Positions 37,565 through 47,274 are shown, numbered from the stretch's first letter. The stretch: 49,939 bases of DNA from Bacteroidota bacterium (GCA_947459115.1 CANHCC010000002.1:1-49939); one strand, 5' to 3'. Numbers and translations are program-made. The notes: generated by a model from the letters alone, not told the origin.

Positions 37565-37598
37565 AAGAAAGGCGATTCAACTCCGAATCGCCTTTCTT
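37565..37598 (-). terminator. Terminator hairpin downstream of the SPFH/RHH operon (symmetrical, could act in both directions)
   Basis: AAGAAAGGCGATTC (37565-37578) pairs with GAATCGCCTTTCTT (37585-37598), giving a 14-bp stem with loop AACTCC. Confidence 0.65.
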
Positions 37599-37648
37599 GT
37601 TGGGGCCCCTCCCTGTAGGTAAGCATCCGGGTTTGTGAATTAAGATCC

Positions 37649-37810
37649 TTACTTTTTATTTCCTGGCGTTCGCCCGGCTTTTTTTAAGGCCTGGGTCAAT
37701 AGGTATTCAATCTGCCCGTTCAGGCTGCGAAACTCATCGTCAGCCCATTTCTGAAGTGCATCAAAGGTCTCCTGTTGCAGGCGCAGGGGAAAGTTTTTTT
37801 TATCAGGCAT
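37649..37810 (-). CDS. Ribbon-helix-helix (Arc/MetJ-type) DNA-binding protein, 53 aa
   Basis: It is not in the ORF track because it is shorter than 60 aa. Manual translation gives MPDKKNFPLRLQQETFDALQKWADDEFRSLNGQIEYLLTQALKKAGRTPGNKK*. The beta-strand (FPLRL) followed by two helices with RS.N..IE.LL is the classic RHH pattern. Its ATG lies 12 nt after the SPFH stop. Confidence 0.7.
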   Translation of the reverse strand: MPDKKNFPLRLQQETFDALQKWADDEFRSLNGQIEYLLTQALKKAGRTPGNKK

Positions 37811-37822
37811 AATCCGAATAAA

Positions 37823-38677
37823 TCAATGATGCAAAGTCCCGGTATTTACCACAGGACTCGCAGCCTTCTCTGAACATAATACTACGAGCAGATTACTGAC
37901 CATCGCCGCTTTCCTTTCGTCATCCATGTGCACAATATCTCGCTTAGAGAGTTTTTCCAGGGCTAATTCTACCATGCCTACTGCCCCTTCTACGATTTGC
38001 TTACGCGCGGCTACAACCGCGGTGGCTTGTTGCCTTTGTAACATGGCCCCGGCGATTTCTGATGCATACGCCAAATGGCTAATTCTGGCCTCCATGACCT
38101 CTATCCCTGCGATTTCCAGGCGGGCGTGCAACTCTTTTTCCAGCATTTCATTGACCAAACCCGCACTGTCTCTCAGGGTAATTTCTGCATGGTCATCCTC
38201 AAGATTGTCATAGGGATAAGCGCCGGCCAACTGTCGAATGGCAGCTTCACTCTGCACATCCACAAAGTGGCGGTAATCATCCACCTCAAAACAAGCACGC
38301 GCAGTATTATTCACGCGCCAAACCAAAACGGCTGCAATTTCGATTGGATTGCCGAGCTTGTCATTCACCTTTATCGCATGACCATTGTAATTTTTTGCTC
38401 TCTGGGAGATCATTTTTTTATTCATAAATGGATTTACCCAAAAAAAGCCATTCGCTTTTACTGTTCCCTTGTAGGTACCAAACAAAATCAAGACTCGCGA
38501 TTCATTCGGGTCATTAATGAAAAATCCGGGGGAAATCAGAAATGCCGCTATGGCCAGGAGAGCTCCGGGAATCGGCTGTTGCAAGACTAAGCAGAGAACC
38601 GCAGCTATAAGACCTGAAATTAAGATGCCCAGGATAAAAAAGCCGGAGGAGGGTTTCAAAAGGTGTTCGTTTTTCAT
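37823..38677 (-). CDS. SPFH/Band 7 domain membrane protein
   Basis: 284 aa with two N-terminal TM segments. An SPFH core follows (V.P.E..V...FG.Y.......G..W.NPF......S.R.....). Confidence 0.8.
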   Translation of the reverse strand: MKNEHLLKPSSGFFILGILISGLIAAVLCLVLQQPIPGALLAIAAFLISPGFFINDPNESRVLILFGTYKGTVKANGFFWVNPFMNKKMISQRAKNYNGHAIKVNDKLGNPIEIAAVLVWRVNNTARACFEVDDYRHFVDVQSEAAIRQLAGAYPYDNLEDDHAEITLRDSAGLVNEMLEKELHARLEIAGIEVMEARISHLAYASEIAGAMLQRQQATAVVAARKQIVEGAVGMVELALEKLSKRDIVHMDDERKAAMVSNLLVVLCSEKAASPVVNTGTLHH

Positions 38678-38683
38678 ATTTTT

Positions 38684-38702
38684 ATGATATTAAAATGATA
38701 TC
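38684..38702. promoter_or_regulatory. Candidate operator: ATGATAT-TAAA-ATGATAT direct repeat (11-bp period), which also reads as GATAT-N7-ATATC
   Basis: It starts 7 nt upstream of the SPFH start codon, in the divergent region shared with the M49 peptidase gene. It is a plausible target for the co-encoded RHH protein, but this is speculative. Confidence 0.25.
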
Positions 38703-38790
38703 AAAAATACGAATAATAATTTCTTATGTTACGGACATCTGCAGATTTTTTTCGGGGATTGCCTAACTTGCATCAAATCTTATTTAACGA

Positions 38791-40845
38791 ATGAAAAAAA
38801 TATTCACCTTAACGCTGATGCTTGCCATGACCTGGGTCGCCTGCACACCTACGGAAAGAGGTGCTGGCAATCAAAACTCCGGCGGATTTAAATTCCTCAC
38901 CGAGCAGTTTGCCGATCTCAAACTTATCCGGTACCAGATTCCCGGATTTGAAAATCTATCCCCCCGTCAAAAGGAATTGCTTTATTATTTGTCTGAGGCG
39001 GCACTGTCCGGTCGTGATATCGTGTGGGATCAGAATTACCGGCATAACCTGAGAATTCGTAAAACGCTCGAGGCAATTATCAATACCTATTCCGGTGAAA
39101 AGAAAGGAGAAGAATGGGATCAGTTTATGGTTTACACCAAGCGGGTGTGGTTTTCAAATGGAATTCATCACCATTATTCTACCTTGAAGTTTTTACCGGA
39201 TTTTTCGACAGACTATTTTGCATCCCTCGTAAAAAAATCGGATGCCTCTCAGCTTCCATTGGAGGAAGGCCAGAATGTGGAAGATTTGATTGCTTTTTTA
39301 ACTCCGATTTTATTTGACCCGGCAGTGGATGCTAAGCGGGTCAATAAAGATCCTAATGCCGATTTGTTGCTGACCTCTGCAGGTAATTATTATGAGGGAG
39401 TGACCCAGAAAGAAGCCGAGGATTTTTATGCTGCCATGGAAAATAAAAATGATTCCACACCCATTTGGTATGGCTTGAATTCTAAACTTGTCAAAGAAAA
39501 TGGTAAGCTCACCGAGAAAGTATGGAAAGTCGGCGGGATGTATGGCAGCGCCATCGAACGCGTGGTATATTGGTTAAGTAAGGCTGTGACGGTCGCAGAA
39601 ACCGATATTCAAAAAAAGGCGTTTGAAAAACTCATTGAATATTATCAAACAGGGGATTTGAGAAAATTTGATGAATATAATATCTTGTGGGTTCAGGATA
39701 CTGCTGCGCTGGTAGATGCGGTGAATGGATTTATTGAAGTGTATGGAGATCCCTTAGGTCATAAAGCTACTTATGAGTCTGTCATTTCTTTCAAAGATTT
39801 GGATGCCACTCGCAGAATTGCTGCTATCAGCGGACAGGCTCAGTGGTTTGAGGATAATTCGCCATTAATGGAAGACCATAAGAAAAAGAATGTAAAAGGT
39901 ATTTCGGCAAAGGTTATTACCGTTGTAACCGAATCTGGAGATGCGTCTCCTTCCACACCGATTGGTATTAATCTGCCCAATGCCGATTGGATTCGTAAAA
40001 TTCATGGGTCTAAATCTGTTAATCTTGGCAATATCGTTAATGCTTACGCAGAGGCGGGTAAAGGCTCCGGCATGTTGGATGAATTTGCTTACTCCAAAGA
40101 AGAAATTGAGCTGGACAAAAAATATGGAACTCTGGCTGGTAACCTTCACACGGATATGCACGAAGTTATCGGACATGCTTCCGGTCAAATCAATCCCGGG
40201 ATTGGTAGTCCCAAGCAAACACTTAAGAATTATGCATCCACACTGGAAGAGGCCAGAGCGGACCTGGTTGCCCTATATTATATCATGGACAAAAAGCTGG
40301 TGGACATAGGGGTTATGGATGATTTGGATGTTGGTAAATGTGAGTACAATAGTTACATCCGTAATGGCCTGATGACGCAAATGGTGCGTCTCAAACCAGG
40401 AGAAGACATTGAGGAAGACCACATGCGTAATCGTCAACTAGTGGCCGCTTGGGCTTATGAGAAAGGAAAGGCGGATAAGGTAATTGAATTCGTCAAAAAA
40501 GACGGCAAGACTTTTGTCCGCATAAACGATTATGCCAAATTGAGAGTCCTGTTTGGAGAACTCCTCAGAGAGATTCAAAGAATTAAATCGGAAGGGGATT
40601 TCGAGGCCGGTAAAAATCTGGTAGAAACCTATGGCGTTAAGGTGGATCAGACCCTACATGCTGAAATTTTGGAAAGATATAAGAAATTAAACATTGCCCC
40701 TTATGGAGGGTTTATCAATCCTAAACTTGTGCCGGTGATGGAAGGGGAGAAGGTAGTAGATGTGAAAGTAGAATATCCCGAGACTTTTATGGGACAAATG
40801 CTGGACTACGCCAAAAATTATTCCTTCCTGCCCTGGAAGAATTAA
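38791..40845 (+). CDS. Dipeptidyl-peptidase III-like M49 family metallopeptidase (lipoprotein)
   Basis: 684 aa with a lipobox, LAMTWVAC. It has the HEVIGH (HExxGH) motif and the second zinc motif EEARAD. Confidence 0.8.
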   Translation: MKKIFTLTLMLAMTWVACTPTERGAGNQNSGGFKFLTEQFADLKLIRYQIPGFENLSPRQKELLYYLSEAALSGRDIVWDQNYRHNLRIRKTLEAIINTYSGEKKGEEWDQFMVYTKRVWFSNGIHHHYSTLKFLPDFSTDYFASLVKKSDASQLPLEEGQNVEDLIAFLTPILFDPAVDAKRVNKDPNADLLLTSAGNYYEGVTQKEAEDFYAAMENKNDSTPIWYGLNSKLVKENGKLTEKVWKVGGMYGSAIERVVYWLSKAVTVAETDIQKKAFEKLIEYYQTGDLRKFDEYNILWVQDTAALVDAVNGFIEVYGDPLGHKATYESVISFKDLDATRRIAAISGQAQWFEDNSPLMEDHKKKNVKGISAKVITVVTESGDASPSTPIGINLPNADWIRKIHGSKSVNLGNIVNAYAEAGKGSGMLDEFAYSKEEIELDKKYGTLAGNLHTDMHEVIGHASGQINPGIGSPKQTLKNYASTLEEARADLVALYYIMDKKLVDIGVMDDLDVGKCEYNSYIRNGLMTQMVRLKPGEDIEEDHMRNRQLVAAWAYEKGKADKVIEFVKKDGKTFVRINDYAKLRVLFGELLREIQRIKSEGDFEAGKNLVETYGVKVDQTLHAEILERYKKLNIAPYGGFINPKLVPVMEGEKVVDVKVEYPETFMGQMLDYAKNYSFLPWKN

Positions 40846-40867
40846 GGTTCTAACATTCAATGAAAAA

Positions 40868-40895
40868 GGGCATCCTATTGTGGATGCCCTTTTTT
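40868..40895. terminator. Bidirectional rho-independent terminator
   Basis: GGGCATCC (40868-40875) pairs with GGATGCCC (40882-40889). An A-run lies upstream and a T-run downstream, between convergent genes. Confidence 0.75.
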
Positions 40896-40938
40896 ATTTG
40901 TGTGTAAGGGAAAAAATCCTGCTTTTCTGAAATAGGAA

Positions 40939-41430
40939 TTAAGACTTCATATTCTCATACTGCAGAGGCACTTCAAAGGGATTCTGCCGGAAATATTGAA
41001 TGACGGCCTGAAGATCATCTATCTTCTTTCCCGTTACCCGAATCTTATCATCCATGATGGCAGCCTGCACTTTTAAACCCTGGTCCTTTATAATCTTGAT
41101 GAGTTTTTTTGCCGCTTCCTTTTCCAGGCCACTGCGAATTTTAATCTCTTTACGAACCATTTTTCCGGAAGCTTCATGGCTATTGCCCATGTCCAGGCTT
41201 CTGGCATCTATGCCTTGTTTGATGAGTTTACTGATTAATACATCCTCTATCTGCTTCATCCGCATTTCACTTTCCGTTAAGACCTTCAAAAGCATTTCTT
41301 TTTTCACCAATTCTATTTCCGTTTGGCTTCCCTGAAAATCAAATCGGTTTAAGATTTCTTTTTTGAGATTATTAATGGCATTGTCTAATGCCTGTAAATC
41401 CACTTCACTTACAATATCAAATGAGGCCAT
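40939..41430 (-). CDS. yajQ: YajQ family (UPF0234) nucleotide/c-di-GMP-binding protein
   Basis: 163 aa. It begins MASFDIVSEVDLQ.LDNA.N...KE...RFDF.G. Confidence 0.9.
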   Translation of the reverse strand: MASFDIVSEVDLQALDNAINNLKKEILNRFDFQGSQTEIELVKKEMLLKVLTESEMRMKQIEDVLISKLIKQGIDARSLDMGNSHEASGKMVRKEIKIRSGLEKEAAKKLIKIIKDQGLKVQAAIMDDKIRVTGKKIDDLQAVIQYFRQNPFEVPLQYENMKS

Positions 41431-41434
41431 AAGC

Positions 41435-43396
41435 TTAAGTAATTCGTTTGAGGTTGTATTGTTCCCGGGAGGAAACAGTCAATGGGACTTTTTCAACGGT
41501 CACGGAACTGGTGTCCAAACCAAAGCCTTTTTCTTCCGAAAGGCTAATCTTTTTGAGGAAGAAGTAGCTTTTTAGGATCAGTCTTTCCCATAATCCAAAG
41601 GAATATTCACTGGCAAAATATTTCTCCAGAACAACGAAGCGGAAATCTCCGGTAATGGAATTCGATTTTAAAGATTCGTAACGACTGGTAATATCTACCT
41701 CTCCGTTCTTTACCAAATCTTCCACCACAATCCTGTATAATACATTGATGTGTTGCGGTACCCTGAAGCCTAGATAAAAATCTATTCGGATTACATCATT
41801 GGTGGCCAGATGGGTTACTTTGTAATTCATGGTATAGGGTTGCTCTGTTACCTCCACATGAATAAACCAATAGACATCTGCCCGCTTGGGTTGTTTTTGG
41901 ATAATGGAATAGATAATCTTAGTGTCTATTTCAGAAGTTTTTCTGGAACTAGTGAGATATACCAAATGGGTGGCATATTTTGGGACTTGCTTGTCTTCGC
42001 TTAGCCACTTTAAAGTTTCAAGATGGGTATCAATGGGGATATACTCTGTTAGTTTATTTTTCATGATCCGGGATTGGTACCAGACCAACATCACGCATCC
42101 AATCAATCCTGCTATAATGATAGAGACATAGCCACCATGATGAAATTTTAAAAGATTGGCACTGAAGAAAGATAGTTCCAGACTCAAATAGAATACCAGC
42201 AAGGTAACAACACCAAACATCGGCCACCGCTTGAACACGAGCCATTTCGCCAACAGGACAGTTGTCATCAGCATGGTAAGCGTGATTGCAAGCCCATATG
42301 CCGCCTCCATTTTGGAAGATTCCCCAAAGAAGAGCACGATGAAAATACAACCACCAAGCAGAAGCCAGTTGAGGGCAGGGATGTACATTTGCCCTCTCAT
42401 TTCAGTGGGATAGAACACTGCCATTTTGGGCCATAGGTCTAATTTCATGGCTTCGTTAATAAGCGTGTACGAACCCGTAATCAAAGCCTGGCTGGCAATG
42501 ATTGCAGCGGAAGTTGCAACAACAATACCTATAATTAAAAACCAATCCGGCATAAGCGTGAAAAATGGATTTTGTCCATCTAGCGTTTCCCCTCTGTGGG
42601 CTAGCAGCCAAGCCCCCTGACCAAAATAGTTTAACAACAAACAGGTTTTGACAAATATCCAACTGGCACGGATATTTTCTTTTCCGCAATGACCAAGGTC
42701 AGAGTATAAGGCTTCTGCTCCCGTGGTACATAAAAACACTGCGCCTAAAAGCCAAAAGCCACCGGGCTCATGAATTAATAATTGGATTGCATACATGGGA
42801 TTGATGGCAACAAGGACACTCGTATCCTTCATGATGCCCATAATTCCCAACACGGCAAGCATCGAAAACCAGACTAACATCATGGGGCCAAATGTTTTCC
42901 CTACTGCTTTTGTCCCAAATTGTTGAATGATGAACAAGCCGGTAATGATTCCAATGATAATGGGAACGGTGCTAATATCTTCATTAAAGATTCTTAACCC
43001 TTCAATCGCAGATGCCACTGAAATGGGCGGGGTTATTATACCGTCTGCTAATAAGGTAGCGCCCCCAATAATGGCAGGGATGATGGCCGGAATCCACAAG
43101 ATTTTTTGTTTGCGTCTAACGAGGGCATACAAAGAAAAAATACCGCCCTCCCCATTATTATCTGCCCGAAGGGTCAGTGTAATGTACTTCAGAGTGGTTT
43201 GTAAAGTCAGAGTCCAGAAAATACAAGACAGCCCCCCTAGAACGAGGCGTTCTGAAATCTCAGAGGCCCCCATAATGGCTTTAAATACATAAAGAGGAGA
43301 GGTGCCAATATCTCCGTAGATAATCCCCAATGTAACCAACAGCCCGGCAAAACTTAATTTCTGTGAATGTGAATGTGAATGCGTTTCGGTTTTCAA
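41435..43396 (-). CDS. kup: KUP/HAK/KT family potassium transporter
   Basis: 653 aa. It contains LGIIYGDIGTSPLYVF, about 12 TM segments and a cytoplasmic C-domain. The apparent start is TTG. Confidence 0.95.
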   Translation of the reverse strand: MKTETHSHSHSQKLSFAGLLVTLGIIYGDIGTSPLYVFKAIMGASEISERLVLGGLSCIFWTLTLQTTLKYITLTLRADNNGEGGIFSLYALVRRKQKILWIPAIIPAIIGGATLLADGIITPPISVASAIEGLRIFNEDISTVPIIIGIITGLFIIQQFGTKAVGKTFGPMMLVWFSMLAVLGIMGIMKDTSVLVAINPMYAIQLLIHEPGGFWLLGAVFLCTTGAEALYSDLGHCGKENIRASWIFVKTCLLLNYFGQGAWLLAHRGETLDGQNPFFTLMPDWFLIIGIVVATSAAIIASQALITGSYTLINEAMKLDLWPKMAVFYPTEMRGQMYIPALNWLLLGGCIFIVLFFGESSKMEAAYGLAITLTMLMTTVLLAKWLVFKRWPMFGVVTLLVFYLSLELSFFSANLLKFHHGGYVSIIIAGLIGCVMLVWYQSRIMKNKLTEYIPIDTHLETLKWLSEDKQVPKYATHLVYLTSSRKTSEIDTKIIYSIIQKQPKRADVYWFIHVEVTEQPYTMNYKVTHLATNDVIRIDFYLGFRVPQHINVLYRIVVEDLVKNGEVDITSRYESLKSNSITGDFRFVVLEKYFASEYSFGLWERLILKSYFFLKKISLSEEKGFGLDTSSVTVEKVPLTVSSREQYNLKRIT

Positions 43397-43540
43397 TTGT
43401 GTGCATTAAAATTTCGTGCAAAAATAGGTAAAAGATAGTTTATAAGAAGGCATTTCAAACAGAATCAAAGTTGTTGCTCTCCCATCAATTGAATTTTCTT
43501 CCCTGCTGCAAGGAATAATATTATCTTCGTACCCGATTCA

Positions 43541-44359
43541 ATGGCTATGAAAGACAAAGTGGTTCTCATTACGGGTGCATCAAGTGGCATTGGCCTTGCA
43601 CTCGCTTCAAGATTTGGACTATCAGGTGCTAAACTTGCAGTTTGTGGCAGAAATCTGCCTGTGCTTGAAGCGGCTATTGCCCCTTTGAGGGCCAAGGGAA
43701 TTCAGGTGATTGCAATTCAGGCAGATGTTGCCGTACAGGAGGACTGCAAGCACTTCATTGAGGCCGCACTCACGCAATATGGTAGAATTGATGTATTGAT
43801 TAATAATGCGGGCATTTCTATGCGCGCGTTGTTTCGGGATACGCAAGTGGAGGTGATCGAACAACTGATGCAAATCAATTTTATGGGAACCGTCTATTGC
43901 ACCCGATTCGCTTTGGATGCGCTTCTCAAATCCAAAGGAAGTATTGTGGGCATTTCTTCCATAGCAGGATACAGAGGGTTGCCTGCTCGCTCCGGATACT
44001 CGGCATCAAAGTTTGCAATGAATGGTTTCCTTGAGTCTATTCGTACGGAACTGTTGTATGAAGGGGTTCATGTCTTGACTGCGAGTCCTGGTTTCACTTC
44101 CTCCGGTATTAGGAATAAAGCCTTGTCAGCTGATGGAACTCCTCAGGGCGAGAGTCCTCTGGACGAAGGCAAAATCATGTCTGCAGAAGAAGTTGCCGAC
44201 CACATTTACAAAGCCGTTGTGGCTCGCAAAAGAACGCTGACTCTGACAAGGCAGGGGAAATTGACCATTTTATTGAATAAGTGGTTTCCTGCCTGGATGG
44301 ATAAAATTGTGTTTAACCATTTCGCAGGTGAACCGGATAGTCCTTTAAGTAGAAAATAA
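43541..44359 (+). CDS. SDR family oxidoreductase
   Basis: 272 aa. It contains TGASSGIG, NNAGI and YSASKFA. Confidence 0.85.
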   Translation: MAMKDKVVLITGASSGIGLALASRFGLSGAKLAVCGRNLPVLEAAIAPLRAKGIQVIAIQADVAVQEDCKHFIEAALTQYGRIDVLINNAGISMRALFRDTQVEVIEQLMQINFMGTVYCTRFALDALLKSKGSIVGISSIAGYRGLPARSGYSASKFAMNGFLESIRTELLYEGVHVLTASPGFTSSGIRNKALSADGTPQGESPLDEGKIMSAEEVADHIYKAVVARKRTLTLTRQGKLTILLNKWFPAWMDKIVFNHFAGEPDSPLSRK

Positions 44360-44437
44360 CGGCCCTGCTAATACCCTGATTCAGGGAAAGCAGAACCGTC
44401 AGAATTTCTAACCTAGATTTTTTTATAATTTTGACCT

Positions 44438-45175
44438 ATGTCCTTACGAATTTTTTCTATCGCCTTATTGGGTATCGTTCTTCTGTTAGGAAGTGCCTTT
44501 CGGGGTAGTTATCCCCAACTTCTCGATTATACTCCCTATCTCACTCCTGTCCGGGATGCAGGTACCCTGAATACCCGGAATGCCTATGCTGTGTTGTATG
44601 CGGCCGAGTATCAAATTTATCGTAAAGCAGGAAAAAAAGTCCCCCTGAGTGCTTTACACCTTTACTATCAAGCCGGAAATCAAGAGGACACCGTCCTTTA
44701 TAACCGGGGGGTAAAAGTAGAAGATTGTCTGGAAATCCTTAAAAATGCAGGTGTCATGGCCGAATATTATTGGCCTTATGAAAGACGATCGGACATTCCT
44801 AAACTATTGTTCTCTACTCAAATCACCGAAAGATACTTTATCAAAGATGCCAGGCCGATCTTCCGGGAATGGGATAAAAACCCTTTCGAACTCGTTCAGG
44901 AGGAATTGTATCAAAATGGTCCGGTTGTGGTCGAAATGAAATGGCCCTCGTCCTGGAGCGAGTCTGATGGCAAACAAGTATTGCCTGACACCTTTCGGGT
45001 AAAGCCAGGAGAGATGGGGCAAAGGGCCATCTGTCTCACCGGTTTCAACGAAAGAGAAAAATATTTCATCTTCAAATCTGCCAATGGAACCCGCTGGGGA
45101 CAAGCAGGCTATGGCAAGATTGCTTATGAAGACATGAAAAAATTCTTGTTGAAGGGTTGGAAAATCTTGTATTAA
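44438..45175 (+). CDS. Secreted papain-fold (C1-like) protein with substituted catalytic residues (probable pseudopeptidase)
   Basis: 245 aa with a signal peptide. PVRDAGTLNTRNAYAV aligns by eye with PVRDQGSCGSCWAFA. GQRAICLTGF aligns with G.HAV.IVGY. FKSANGTRWGQAGYGKI aligns with IKNSWG..WG..GY.RI. Confidence 0.55.
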   Translation: MSLRIFSIALLGIVLLLGSAFRGSYPQLLDYTPYLTPVRDAGTLNTRNAYAVLYAAEYQIYRKAGKKVPLSALHLYYQAGNQEDTVLYNRGVKVEDCLEILKNAGVMAEYYWPYERRSDIPKLLFSTQITERYFIKDARPIFREWDKNPFELVQEELYQNGPVVVEMKWPSSWSESDGKQVLPDTFRVKPGEMGQRAICLTGFNEREKYFIFKSANGTRWGQAGYGKIAYEDMKKFLLKGWKILY

Positions 45176-45258
45176 GGAAATTTTTTTAGGAAAATTCCGG
45201 AAGACCTGTTATTTTTGCCACTCGTTTGTTTACCATAGTTAAAAACGAAGAAATTCAC

Positions 45259-45786
45259 ATGCCGGTAAAATTAAGATTAAGAAGACAAGGCCGTAAACGC
45301 CACCCCTATTTTCACATTGTGGCTGCCGATGCACGCTCTCCCCGTGATGGGAAGTTCATTGAAACTGTAGGCGTATATGATGCTACTCGCGTTCCTGCTG
45401 AAATCAACATCAATCATGAGGTTGCTTTGAAATGGTTGCGTCAGGGAGCTCAGCCAACAGATACTGTTCAGGCAATATTGAAATATACCGGGGTAAACTT
45501 TAAGCACCATTTGTTGCGTAAAGGTTTAACCAATGAAGAAGTAGAGGCCGCTTATCAAAAATGGTTGACGGATAGTCAGAACCGTATTGATCAGAAAAAA
45601 TCCTCTATCTCTGCTGAGAAATCCAAAGCTGCCCAAGCTCAGTTGGCTCAAGAAGCTAAGCAAAGAGCTGAAAAAGCAGCTAAGATTCTTGCGAAAAGTG
45701 TTCCTCCTGCAGAAGAGGTTGCAGCTGAAGAAGCAGCTCCAGAGGCTGAAGCAGCTTCAGAAGCTCCTGCTGAGTCCGCCGAATAA
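45259..45786 (+). CDS. rpsP: 30S ribosomal protein S16 with long Ala/Glu/Lys-rich C-terminal extension
   Basis: It begins MPVKLRLRRQGRKRHPYFHIVAADARSPRDGKFIE.VG.Y.P. The track ORF starts at TTG 45226; the ATG at 45259 is the likelier start. Confidence 0.93.
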   Translation: MPVKLRLRRQGRKRHPYFHIVAADARSPRDGKFIETVGVYDATRVPAEININHEVALKWLRQGAQPTDTVQAILKYTGVNFKHHLLRKGLTNEEVEAAYQKWLTDSQNRIDQKKSSISAEKSKAAQAQLAQEAKQRAEKAAKILAKSVPPAEEVAAEEAAPEAEAASEAPAESAE

Positions 45787-45788
45787 GC

Positions 45789-46331
45789 ATGGCTTCGCCT
45801 GATCTCCATTCTCTGGGTTATATTTCCAGAGCCCAGGGATTAAATGGCAGTGTCAGATTAAATACAGAATATCCGGAAATCTTGCCGGGAATAAAGGGTA
45901 AAACTGTTTATCTCACCAAAGGGGATAAACAGTTTTCTTTTTTGTTGCAGGCTATTCGACCCCATGACAAGGAATCGGTAGTCCTATCCTTAAAATCATG
46001 TGAAAGCCGGGAAATGGCCGAAAGTTTGATTGGCTTTACGCTGTCAGTTGGTAAAACGGAACTTCCTGTTGGAACAGGAAAACAATTCTTTGTTCATGAA
46101 TTGGAAGGGATGAAAGTAGAGGATGCCAAATTAGGCTTAATTGGAACTATAGAGGCCGTTTATCCCAGTCCCGCACACCCGGTTGCAGCCTTAAACTATC
46201 AAGGGACAGAAATTTTGTTGCCTCTCGCACAGCATTTTCTGCTTTCTATTGACCGCCCCAATAAGGTCCTTCGTATGGATTTGCCCGATGGCCTCTTAGA
46301 GGTTTATCTGAATCCTTCTGCCGAAGAATAA
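45789..46331 (+). CDS. rimM: Ribosome maturation factor RimM
   Basis: 180 aa. It contains LGYI.RAQGLNGSV and a PRC-barrel C-terminal part. It lies immediately after rpsP, which is the conserved synteny. Confidence 0.85.
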   Translation: MASPDLHSLGYISRAQGLNGSVRLNTEYPEILPGIKGKTVYLTKGDKQFSFLLQAIRPHDKESVVLSLKSCESREMAESLIGFTLSVGKTELPVGTGKQFFVHELEGMKVEDAKLGLIGTIEAVYPSPAHPVAALNYQGTEILLPLAQHFLLSIDRPNKVLRMDLPDGLLEVYLNPSAEE

Positions 46332-46390
46332 TACTTACTCTGCTGTCCAGGGTCCGATACAAACTGTATCCGTGTTATAGGCATAAAAAA

Positions 46391-46418
46391 AGCCACTTCT
46401 TTGCAGAAGTGGCTTTTT
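46391..46418. terminator. Bidirectional rho-independent terminator
   Basis: AGCCACTTC (46391-46399) pairs with GAAGTGGCT (46406-46414). An A-run lies upstream and a T-run downstream, between convergent genes. Confidence 0.75.
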
Positions 46419-46431
46419 GATTTAATCAAGA

Positions 46432-47274
46432 TTACAGTTTCCGGACACTGAAATTTAGACGCTTAACTGGTGCATCGCCGGGATTTGTTGGGACACCCGC
46501 CAGTTTGTCAATGATCTCGAGGCCCTCCACTACTTCTCCGAACACGGTGTACTGATTGTCCAAATGAGGTGATCCTCCAAGTGTTTTATAGACTTGTCTT
46601 TGGGCATCTGTATATTCAAAGGGAATGGTCTTCTCGTATTCTTTTTGGATAAATTTCGAAAAGCTTTCATTGACTTTTTGTAGGGAATCCGGGTATTCTT
46701 TCTGAATTCTCTGGAAATCCTCAGGTCCAAGTTTTTTGAGCCACTGGTTTTCCGGTAATTCTGTGAAAGGGGCTTGTAACTTCATAGATAGCTGTCTTTG
46801 CTCATCCATGCGAATCTGATTTTCTACCTGGTCCAGTTCCATGTCATTAAATGTTTTGCCATGTACAATATAAAACTGAGAACCGGAAGACTCCCGCATT
46901 GGATTGGTCTGGTCTCCCTGACGGGCTGCTGCAAGCGCACCTTTTTTGTGATAAAGACCATTTACGATTTCAGCGGGTAGGGTATATCCGGGACCATCCG
47001 CACCCAAGGGACCTGTATAGGTTGTATCCTTGGATTTAGGATCCCCGCCCTGAACCATAAATTCTTTTATTACACGATGAAAAGCACATCCATTGTAATA
47101 GCCGGACTGTGTCAACTTAATAAAATTGTCTCGATGTCCAGGCGTCTCATCATACAGGAGCACCTTAATTTTTCCAAATTCTGTCTGAATTTCACACAGA
47201 CTTCCTTTTTTAGTTTGAGCAGTTACGCCTGAGAGCGTAAGCAGGAGAGAGAGGGTAATTAAAATGGATTTCAT
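46432..47274 (-). CDS. Cyclophilin-type peptidyl-prolyl cis-trans isomerase (secreted) with large internal insertion
   Basis: It contains FHRVI..FM.QGGDP and GSQFYIVHGK, then an insertion of roughly 85-95 aa, then YTVFGEV.EG...IDK. The track ORF starts at TTG 47286; I prefer the ATG at 47274 (MKSILITLSLLLTLSGVTAQ). Confidence 0.88.
   Translation of the reverse strand: MKSILITLSLLLTLSGVTAQTKKGSLCEIQTEFGKIKVLLYDETPGHRDNFIKLTQSGYYNGCAFHRVIKEFMVQGGDPKSKDTTYTGPLGADGPGYTLPAEIVNGLYHKKGALAAARQGDQTNPMRESSGSQFYIVHGKTFNDMELDQVENQIRMDEQRQLSMKLQAPFTELPENQWLKKLGPEDFQRIQKEYPDSLQKVNESFSKFIQKEYEKTIPFEYTDAQRQVYKTLGGSPHLDNQYTVFGEVVEGLEIIDKLAGVPTNPGDAPVKRLNFSVRKL

Noticed and set aside
37441-37626. 61-aa minus-strand ORF
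   Set aside because: It spans two terminator hairpins and the 17-bp tandem repeat, so it is almost certainly non-coding.
43363-43382. (GTGAAT)x3 repeat encoding HSHSHS at the Kup N-terminus
   Set aside because: It is a small in-frame hexamer repeat in a non-conserved N-terminal tail. It may be length-variable, but nothing supports a function, and the TTG start is itself uncertain.
43397-43540. Possible c-di-AMP (ydaO/kimA-type) riboswitch upstream of kup
   Set aside because: The leader is only about 144 nt and AT-rich. I could not find the conserved ACGGGGA/pseudo-symmetric elements.
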